Assembly: GCA_044225365.1 (NCBI GenBank)
Contig: JBGAIQ010000005.1
Span: 128,001-192,000, forward strand
Source of the DNA: Planctomycetota bacterium
GTDB taxonomy: Bacteria > Planctomycetota > B15-G4 > JADJEK01
Direction: 5' to 3'
DNA length: 64,000 nucleotides
The translations under genes and the position numbers were made by a program. Shown one piece after another: positions 50,700 through 58,314 of the stretch. Numbering within the stretch: the stretch's first letter is position 1; every line of letters starts with the position of its first letter. Below the pieces are notes generated by a model. The model searched no databases. It was given only the letters and a program-made list of their open reading frames with translations, and had not been told where the DNA came from.

Positions 50700-50883
50700 C
50701 TCCGAGAGAAGTGCCTGGGTTGCTGCGCCGAAGGCGTAAAACCTGAATCTCTCCTCCCAGTTCCCTGAACACCAGGTGATCCCAGGCCTCTCCCGTAACT
50801 GCCTACCTCCGGACTCTCCAAAACCGATCCTCATCCCGAAGACCCCCGGTACAAGCTGGGGGTAGGCACTTGCATGGCCGCCT
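50700..50883 (-). ncRNA. ssrS: Putative 6S RNA
   Basis: About 180-nt non-coding stretch closed by the long-range pair AAGTGCCT/AGGCACTT (50709-50716 with 50864-50871). Minus strand carries GTGCCTACCCCC...GGGTC and GATCACC...GTTCAGGGAACTG, which I recall as 6S-like motifs; ends approximate. Confidence 0.55.
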
Positions 50884-50957
50884 GTTCGCGCCCGCGATCG
50901 GCGATGCCTTTGGACCATCCCGCACAGCGCGAGGAACATCGAGCCTCTCGCGCTACC

Positions 50958-52022
50958 ATGACGGCGATGAACTCTCCGCTCGATCCTCCACCTCCCGATC
51001 CTCGTTACTCGCGGCAAGTGCTCTATCGGCAGATCGGCCGCGCCGGTCAGGAGAGGCTCCGCACGGCGCGGATCGCGATCGTGGGCATCGGCGCTCTCGG
51101 AACCGTGGAGGCGACGATCCTTGCGCGCGCCGGAGTGGGAACCCTCCGCCTGATCGATCGGGATTTCGTCGAACTCTCGAACCTGCAGCGCCAGGTCCTC
51201 TTCGACGAGCAGGACGCGCGCACGGCGATGCCGAAGGCTGCCGCCGCCAAGCGACATCTGTCCGCGGCGAATTCGACGATCACGATCGACGATCGTTCGA
51301 CCGAAGTGAACGCGGCGACGATCGAGTCCCTCCTCACGGACGTCGACGTAGTCGTCGACGGCGCGGACAACTTCGAAGTGCGCTACCTGGTGAACGATTT
51401 CTGCGTTCGAGCGAAGAAGCCCTGGGTCTACGCCGCCGCGGTCGGGACGACCGGGCTGCTCATGCCGATCCTGCCCGGAACGACACCCTGCCTACGCTGC
51501 GTCTTCGAGGAGCCACCTCCGGCGGGAACGGCGGCGACGTGCGACACGAGCGGAGTTCTCGGCTCGACGACTGCAACCGTCGGTGCGCTCGCCGCACTCG
51601 AAGCGATCAAATTCGCGACTGGCCGAATCGACTCGATCCGCCGCGGCCTCCTCGAACTCGAGCTGTGGGACAATGAGATCCGCGACGTCGGTCTCGCCGG
51701 CCCTCGGGACGATTGTCCGTGTTGTGCTCATCGCAATTTCCCGTTCCTCTCCACACGCGGTGGCGGCGCGGCGACGTCGCTCTGCGGTCGGGACGCGATC
51801 CAAGTCGTACCCACGGCGGTCGGCGCCTTCGATTTCGAGAGCGTCCGAGCGCGACTCGCGAAGGCGTTTGCGGTCGTCGACAACGGCTTCCTCTTGCGCT
51901 TCCCGTTCGAGGGGCGTCAGGTCACGTTGTTCCGCGACGGCCGCGCGATCGTCCAGGGCTTGAACGGCATCGACGACGCCGCGCTCGCACGGTCGATCTA
52001 CAGCCGCACCATCGGGGCATGA
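50958..52022 (+). CDS. ThiF/MoeB family adenylyltransferase
   Basis: RYSRQ, IVGIGALG, IDRDFVELSNLQRQ, DGADNFE.R, TPCLRC, TCDTSGV, CPCC, SLCGRDAIQV, LFRDGRAIVQG. Confidence 0.9.
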   Translation: MTAMNSPLDPPPPDPRYSRQVLYRQIGRAGQERLRTARIAIVGIGALGTVEATILARAGVGTLRLIDRDFVELSNLQRQVLFDEQDARTAMPKAAAAKRHLSAANSTITIDDRSTEVNAATIESLLTDVDVVVDGADNFEVRYLVNDFCVRAKKPWVYAAAVGTTGLLMPILPGTTPCLRCVFEEPPPAGTAATCDTSGVLGSTTATVGALAALEAIKFATGRIDSIRRGLLELELWDNEIRDVGLAGPRDDCPCCAHRNFPFLSTRGGGAATSLCGRDAIQVVPTAVGAFDFESVRARLAKAFAVVDNGFLLRFPFEGRQVTLFRDGRAIVQGLNGIDDAALARSIYSRTIGA

Positions 52023-52134
52023 GCTTCGCGACCGTTTCCAGGGCGATTATCCTATTCCAGCGGCGAAGATTCGACTCGTACCCGGGGGGCCGCCACGGAG
52101 GATCAAGCCGATGCGCAAGTTCGAGGGGTTTGCC

Positions 52135-54645
52135 ATGTCCGTTCTGAATCGATTTCGAGTCCTTTCGCTCGCGGTTTGTCTTGCGACCGACGCGATTGCG
52201 GGAATCAGCACCTACGGCGCAGGGTGTTCCGATTCCAGCGGTACAGCGCCGTCGTTCACGGCCTCCGGTCAATCCGTTCCCGGAGGTTCGATCACCCTCG
52301 CTTTCGACGGCGCGGTCGCGAACGGTTCGATCTTCGTTTTCGTGGGTTTCGGTCAGAGCACCATTCCCATCGTGGGTGGATGCTCCCTCGTCGTCGCGCC
52401 GTTGTTCCCGACTCCGATCGGTCCGCTGCCCCTCGACCCGACGGGCGACCTGATCGCCCCGACTGCGCTTCCCGGGTCGTTTCCTGCACCCTTCACGATC
52501 ACGCTCCAAGCATTCGAAATCGATCCCCTCGTAGCAACGGGATTCGCCAACAGCCAAGGCGTGCGGATCGACGTCGAATCCTCACCCAGTGGATCGATGT
52601 TTCCGGGCGCACAATTCAACGTCGGGAAGAGTCCATTCTCGATCGCCCTCGGCGATCTCGATGGCGACACTCGGACCGATCTCGTCTCCGCCAACTTGGG
52701 GTCCGGTAACGTCAGCGTCCTCCTCGGAAACGGACACGGCGGATTTGCGCCGGCGGCGAACTACGCCGTCGGGTCGTCACCGCAAGCCGTCGCGCTGGGC
52801 GATCTCAACGGCGACGCGATTACCGATCTCGTGACCGCAAATTCTGCATCGAACACCATCAGCGTGCTGCTCGGTACCGGCCAGGGGAATCTCGCTGCCG
52901 CCGTGAATCTTGCCGTCGGCACGGCTCCCGTTGCGCTCGCGATGGGTGACCTCAACGGCGACGCAAAGCTCGACGTCGTCACCGCGAATTATGGGTCGAG
53001 CAGCGTCAGTGTCCTCCTCGGAAATGGTCTCGGTGGATTCGCGGCCCCGCTTGCCGTCGCCGTCGGATTCACGCCCTCGTCCCTCGCGATCGGAGATCTC
53101 GACGGGGATACGAAACCCGACCTCGTCACGTCGAACTACCTCTTCAACAATGTCAGCGTCCTGCTCGGCAACGGACAGGGCGGATTCACGGTCGCGTCCA
53201 GTTCCTCCGTCGGATCGCTACCGATGGCCGTCTCGATCGGTGATCTCGACGGGGACACGCGACTCGACGTGGTCACCGCGAACTACAACTCCGGGACCGT
53301 GAGCATCCTGCTGGGAAACGGACAGGGCGGATTCGCCAGCGCATCCAACGCTGCCGCCGGTGCCGAGCCACGCGCCGTTGCGATCGCCGATCTCGATGGC
53401 GACGCCGAGCCCGACCTCGTCTGCGCGAACGAAGCACCATCGAGCCTCACTGTTCTGATGGGCAACGGGCACGGCAGCTTCGCGACCCCCGTCCAGTTCG
53501 TCGTCGGATACGCCCCGCACTCCGTCGTCGTCGGTGACCTCGATGGCGACTCGAGGGCCGATCTCGTTTCGGCGAATTTCGGATCGAGCAACGTGAGCGT
53601 CCTGCTCGGTAATGGGCAAGGCGGGTTCACCGTCGCGTCGAAACTCCCGGTGGCATCGTCCCCCCGCTCCGTCGCCATCGGAGACCTGAACGGGGACACC
53701 CATCCGGATCTCGTCTCCGCCAATTTCGGGTCGAACAGCGTGAGCGTGCTGCTCGGTAATGGGCAAGGCGGGTTCACCACCGCCACCCACTTCGCCGCAG
53801 GATCCACTCCCCAGGCGATTGCCATCGGAGATCTCAACGGGGATCTGAAGCTCGATCTAGCGGTCGCAAACGATACCTCGAGCGCCGTGAGCGTCCTGCT
53901 CGGCAATGGGCAGGGCGGATTCGCGCCTGCGATCAAATTCGCTGTCGGTGCCTCTCCGTTCTCCGTCGCGATCGGCGACATGAATGGTGACACGAAACCC
54001 GATCTCGTTACCGCGAATCCCTTCGCCAACAACATCAGTGTCTTGCTCGGCACCGGGAATGGCGGTTTCGCTCCGGCCATTCGATTCCCCGCCGGGAACC
54101 AACCCTCGTTCGTCGCGATCGGCGATCTCAACGGCGACACGAAGCCCGACCTCGTCACCGCGAACGACAACGCGACCTACGTCAGCGTCCTCCTCGCTGA
54201 CGGACAAGGTGGGTTCGCGCCTCCGACGAGTCTCCCCGTCGGAGCAGCACCGCTCGCCGTCGTCATCGCCGACGTCAACGGGGACGGCCACCTCGATCTC
54301 GCGTCCGCGAACCATGGATCGAACGACGTCAGCATTCTGCTCGGCAATGGACAGGGGGCGTTCGGCGCCTCGACCCAGTTCGCCGTCGGAACCGCGCCCC
54401 GTTCGATCGCCGTCGGCGATCTCGACGGCGACGCCAAGCTCGATCTCGTGACGGCGAACTTCGGGTCGATGAACGCGAGCGTCCTGCTCGGCAACGGTCA
54501 GGGCGGATTCACGACCGCAGCCAACTTCCTTGGCGAAGCGCTGCCCTTCAGCGTCGCCCTCGGCGATCTCGACGGCGACACCGAGCCCGACCTCGTCATC
54601 GCGAACGCCAGCTCGAACTCCGTGAGCGTCCTCTTGCAGCAGTGA
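52135..54645 (+). CDS. Secreted FG-GAP/VCBS repeat protein (14 blades) with the sorting-like module at its N-terminus
   Basis: Signal peptide; TYGAGCS...GGCSLVV...ITLQAFEID...FANSQGVRIDV; then 14 repeats of P.sva.GDLdGD...DLVtAN..s..VSVLLGNGqGGF. Alternative start 52111. Confidence 0.9.
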   Translation: MSVLNRFRVLSLAVCLATDAIAGISTYGAGCSDSSGTAPSFTASGQSVPGGSITLAFDGAVANGSIFVFVGFGQSTIPIVGGCSLVVAPLFPTPIGPLPLDPTGDLIAPTALPGSFPAPFTITLQAFEIDPLVATGFANSQGVRIDVESSPSGSMFPGAQFNVGKSPFSIALGDLDGDTRTDLVSANLGSGNVSVLLGNGHGGFAPAANYAVGSSPQAVALGDLNGDAITDLVTANSASNTISVLLGTGQGNLAAAVNLAVGTAPVALAMGDLNGDAKLDVVTANYGSSSVSVLLGNGLGGFAAPLAVAVGFTPSSLAIGDLDGDTKPDLVTSNYLFNNVSVLLGNGQGGFTVASSSSVGSLPMAVSIGDLDGDTRLDVVTANYNSGTVSILLGNGQGGFASASNAAAGAEPRAVAIADLDGDAEPDLVCANEAPSSLTVLMGNGHGSFATPVQFVVGYAPHSVVVGDLDGDSRADLVSANFGSSNVSVLLGNGQGGFTVASKLPVASSPRSVAIGDLNGDTHPDLVSANFGSNSVSVLLGNGQGGFTTATHFAAGSTPQAIAIGDLNGDLKLDLAVANDTSSAVSVLLGNGQGGFAPAIKFAVGASPFSVAIGDMNGDTKPDLVTANPFANNISVLLGTGNGGFAPAIRFPAGNQPSFVAIGDLNGDTKPDLVTANDNATYVSVLLADGQGGFAPPTSLPVGAAPLAVVIADVNGDGHLDLASANHGSNDVSILLGNGQGAFGASTQFAVGTAPRSIAVGDLDGDAKLDLVTANFGSMNASVLLGNGQGGFTTAANFLGEALPFSVALGDLDGDTEPDLVIANASSNSVSVLLQQ
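52612..54642 (+). repeat. 14 tandem ~147-bp (49-aa) coding repeats
   Basis: Constant 49-aa period; near-identical DNA such as gtgagcgt(c/g)ctgctcggtaatgggcaaggcgggttcacc at ~53593 and ~53740. Confidence 0.85.
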
Positions 54646-54697
54646 TGTCACCGCCGCCGGATCTGCGACGACCGCCCGCAGCGGAAGATGCCGCGGT

Positions 54698-57600
54698 TCA
54701 GTTCGCCTTGACGTTGAGGATCAGAGCCGCGCGGGAGTTCGTCACGAGCGGCTCGATCGCGAAGAGTCCGGTCGGGGCGACCGAGCGGTAGAAGAACGGA
54801 GTCGCGTCGAGCGGGTTGCCGTTGTCGACGAAGGTCGTCGCGAATCCATCGAGCGTCGAGCCCGCCGGCCTCGGAACCGTACCCGAACTGAACACGATGC
54901 CGCTCGGCGACGACGGGAAGAAGGACGTCGAGCCCGCCATGATGATGCGGCTGAACGCGGTGGCCGTCGACGGGATGCGTTGCGGCGTCCCGAAGCTCGA
55001 GAGATCGAGCATCAGCAGATCCTGGAGATTGTCGGGCGCGCCCGACGAATCGCCGTTGTCGACGACGATGAGCACCTTCGCTTCGGTCGCACTCGGCAGC
55101 ACGTTGGAGATGCGCGCTCCCGTTCGCACGGCCCACGGCGAACCCGAGCCGTTGAAGAAGCCCGTGACCTGGACCGCGGGCGCCGGGTTGTCGGGATCGA
55201 ACATGAAGAGCTGATCGATGTTGTCGCGCGGATCGCCCGCCTGCAGGTTCGCGAGCTGCGCCGTGTAGAACAGGTAGTCCTTGAAGGGTCCGCTGCCGCC
55301 AACGCGGCGGAACTTGTGGTACTCCGGGTAGGACTCGAGCGTGAGCGAGCCGTCCGTCTTCGTATCCTGCGTGCCGACCGTCGGGATCGGAAGTCCGTCG
55401 TAGGGCGCGAACTCCTTGCCCGTGATGTTCACGATGTTGAAGGACGGCTCGGTGGCTCCGGGATCGGGAGCGACATCGACCGCGAGCAGATTCTGGCGAT
55501 CGAAACCCGCCGAGAAGATGCCGCGCTGCTCGCGGACGAAGTACATGTACTTCCCGCTCGGCGAGGCGAACGAACCACAGGGCTCGATCGTCGGACGATT
55601 CGTCGTCACGTCACCTTGCGGATCCCAGGGGCCGAACAACGTCGCGGGCTGCGCTGGAGTGCCCGACTTGCAGGTGCGCGTGAGGTTTCGCGTCACCTTC
55701 GTGCTGACGTTGGTCACGAAGATCTCGAAGCGATCGGGCGGCGCACTCGCGAACAAGAAGCCCTGCTCGTACACGAGGAACTGGTCGTCGGTCGAGAAGT
55801 GGTAATCGCGCGAACTGCTGAAGTCGGTCTTGTCGACGACGCCGCCGTTCGCGAGATCGGCGAGGATGTCGGCCGTCAAACCGGCCGTCGAGCCATCGAC
55901 CTTCGCGACTCGCGGCCAGCGCTCGGTGCCGTTCTCGCGAACGAACGCGATCAGACTTCCGTCCGCCGAATACGTGAAGGCGCCGAGTTGACCGTCGGTC
56001 GCTTCGTTGAACTCACCGATGCTGAAGAACACCGTGAGTCCGCCCGTCACGTTCACGATCGAATGGCCGGCCGTCGTGACATTGGTGATCGAGAGGACGT
56101 TCTCCGCGTTCGCTGCAGTGCCCGACGCAGCGACCACACAGAGCGTGTTGCGATCGGGCGACGGATAGTACTGACGATCGATGCGACCGATCGACGGGAA
56201 GCTGCCGCCGGGCAGGACCAGCGAGGGTATGCCGACCGAGTCCGCGACGTTGATGCGGAACAGGTGGTTCGGATACGTACCCGCGACCGGGGACGCGACG
56301 TCCGTCGTCGCGAAGAACGCCACGTACGAACCCTGACCGTCGTTCACGAACTCGATCGATTCCTCGTAGACCTTGCGGAACGAATTCTGATCTGCGCCCG
56401 ATGGCACGAATTCGTAGATCGGCTGCCCATTCGAGAAGTTGCCGCCGGGTTCGAGGTTCAGCATGAAGACGCGATCGAACGTCGACGACGATTGATCGAG
56501 CACGACGACGGCGCGCTTGTTGTCCGGCGAGATCGAGACCTCGTACTCCCACGCCGAGTTCGTCGGCGAGTTCGTGAAGGCGAACGAGGCGAACGGCGTG
56601 AGATTGCGCCAGGTATTCGTGTCCTTGAACAGGAGACCGAATCCGAACTTGCCGCTCGCGATGTCACGCCACAAGAAGAGCGATCGATTGCCGGGGAGTT
56701 CGATCCGCGGGAAGTCGCGGTTCTCGTTGTTCTTCTCCGGCCTCGTACCGGTGAGAAACTCCATGCCGGACGCCTGATTCCACAGACCGACGAGCGCGGT
56801 CGTGTTGTTTCCCACATACGCCGCGATCAAGTCCTGATCGGTCGGCGCGCCCGAACCGTTCACGCCATTCGCCGGATTGCTCTGGCTGTAGAGGACGTGT
56901 TGTCCGCCGAGCCCGATCATCCAGAAGTCGATGCCCTGCGTCGCGAACGAGAAGTCCGACGCCGCAGCCGGAGCCACCGTGGAGGCGTCCGCGAGATCCG
57001 TGTCCGTGATGACCGCGGGAACCACGCTCTGCGTGACCACGGCGGCGCCGGCATTCGTCGGCGCGAGCGCGGACGTGCCTTCGGCATAGGCGATCGTCGC
57101 GCTATAGGTCAGCGGGTCGAAGATCACCTTCACGCCCGTTCCGGAAGTGACGGCGAGCGTCTGCGTGTTCAGTTCGACGATCTGCATGTAGAGCGCGACC
57201 GTCGTGCTGACGCTCGATTCCAATGCGATCGGGAGCGGATTCGGCGCGCTCACGCTCGGCGAATTGTTCACGAAGTACGCGATCTGCGGCACCAACCCGC
57301 TGAGGTTGAAGTTGCCGCTCGCGTTGAACCGGAACACGGGTGACGGGACGTCGTTGACGATGTCGGTCGCGGCGAGGCTCGCTTGGCCCGTCGCATTGAG
57401 CTTCTGCCGAATGAACTCCATCCCGATCCCGTCGAACACCGGATGGATCGGAACGTACAGCGTGCCAGGGATGCTCCACGGCTTCAGGTAGTAACCGTTC
57501 GTGATATTGGCCTCGCCGCCAGGTGAGCCGTCGAACGCATCGCCCGCGAGCATCACCGCGAAGGGCGCGTTCGGCGTGCCATGGAGATTGATGCTGAGGT

Positions 57601-57760
57601 TGCCGAGCTTCTTGAGGTGCGGCACGCCGAGATTGTTCGAGGAGACGGGATTCGGCACTCCGTTCACCACGAGTGTCGGCGCGGACGGCGAACCTGCGAT
57701 CGCAACGCTCGCGACGAGAGAGACCGACACCGCAACGAGAGCGCGAGCGATGGACGACAT
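54698..57760 (-). CDS. Large secreted protein, probable TolB-like beta-propeller with a divergent N-terminal sorting-like module
   Basis: GGAGG RBS, signal peptide MSSIARALVAVSVSLVASVAIA; blade starts ISPDNKRAVV, PSPDRNTLCV, YSADGSLIAFV, FSTDDQFLVY, ASPSGKYMYFV; strong genome-typical codon bias. Confidence 0.78.
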   Translation of the reverse strand: MSSIARALVAVSVSLVASVAIAGSPSAPTLVVNGVPNPVSSNNLGVPHLKKLGNLSINLHGTPNAPFAVMLAGDAFDGSPGGEANITNGYYLKPWSIPGTLYVPIHPVFDGIGMEFIRQKLNATGQASLAATDIVNDVPSPVFRFNASGNFNLSGLVPQIAYFVNNSPSVSAPNPLPIALESSVSTTVALYMQIVELNTQTLAVTSGTGVKVIFDPLTYSATIAYAEGTSALAPTNAGAAVVTQSVVPAVITDTDLADASTVAPAAASDFSFATQGIDFWMIGLGGQHVLYSQSNPANGVNGSGAPTDQDLIAAYVGNNTTALVGLWNQASGMEFLTGTRPEKNNENRDFPRIELPGNRSLFLWRDIASGKFGFGLLFKDTNTWRNLTPFASFAFTNSPTNSAWEYEVSISPDNKRAVVVLDQSSSTFDRVFMLNLEPGGNFSNGQPIYEFVPSGADQNSFRKVYEESIEFVNDGQGSYVAFFATTDVASPVAGTYPNHLFRINVADSVGIPSLVLPGGSFPSIGRIDRQYYPSPDRNTLCVVAASGTAANAENVLSITNVTTAGHSIVNVTGGLTVFFSIGEFNEATDGQLGAFTYSADGSLIAFVRENGTERWPRVAKVDGSTAGLTADILADLANGGVVDKTDFSSSRDYHFSTDDQFLVYEQGFLFASAPPDRFEIFVTNVSTKVTRNLTRTCKSGTPAQPATLFGPWDPQGDVTTNRPTIEPCGSFASPSGKYMYFVREQRGIFSAGFDRQNLLAVDVAPDPGATEPSFNIVNITGKEFAPYDGLPIPTVGTQDTKTDGSLTLESYPEYHKFRRVGGSGPFKDYLFYTAQLANLQAGDPRDNIDQLFMFDPDNPAPAVQVTGFFNGSGSPWAVRTGARISNVLPSATEAKVLIVVDNGDSSGAPDNLQDLLMLDLSSFGTPQRIPSTATAFSRIIMAGSTSFFPSSPSGIVFSSGTVPRPAGSTLDGFATTFVDNGNPLDATPFFYRSVAPTGLFAIEPLVTNSRAALILNVKAN

Positions 57761-58314
57761 GCAACCTCCGACACGACGGACGAATTGAGCGCAAGGACGA
57801 GGCGGGCGAATCAGGCGCGCGTTCCTAGCCGGACGGCCCCAGTGCGACAAGCACGGACTTCACGACGAGGAGCGCAAGGGGAACCGAGATCCGATCGATC
57901 CTGAACACATACCCAGGGCGCGAGGAATGGTGACCGAGAGCGACACGCGGCGGAAGAATCCGTTGCGCGAGGGGTGGCCAACGGGGCCCTCCTCTCCGCT
58001 CGAATTCGATCGCCAGATCGTGCCACCGTCGATCCCCGAGGAAGCGCAGTCGCACATCGACCACGCCGCTCTCGCCATGGACCACCATGGATGGATCCTC
58101 ACCCCTCACACGATGAGGCGGCGGGTGCTCAACGGACCGTCAAGTCGAAGTCTACGGCAGGCTTAAGGATGGGTCAAGCCGAGCGGATAGCCTGTCGGTG
58201 AACAGCGGCCGAGCGGCGCAGCGGTCCGAGGGAGTGCACGAGAACGCCTACGAGATCCGAAACGCATTGTGCACAACGTCGCGCGGGTCATACGTTTCGC
58301 CGCGATCGACGGGC

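Noticed and set aside
50958-52022. E1-like enzyme of a CBASS/Bil ubiquitin-like defence system
   Set aside because: Ordinary ThiF/MoeB architecture, with no E2, JAB, Ubl or cyclase neighbours.
52612-54642. CRISPR array or DGR suggested by periodic DNA repeats
   Set aside because: The repeats are in-frame coding units of 147 bp with no unique spacers, cas genes or reverse transcriptase.
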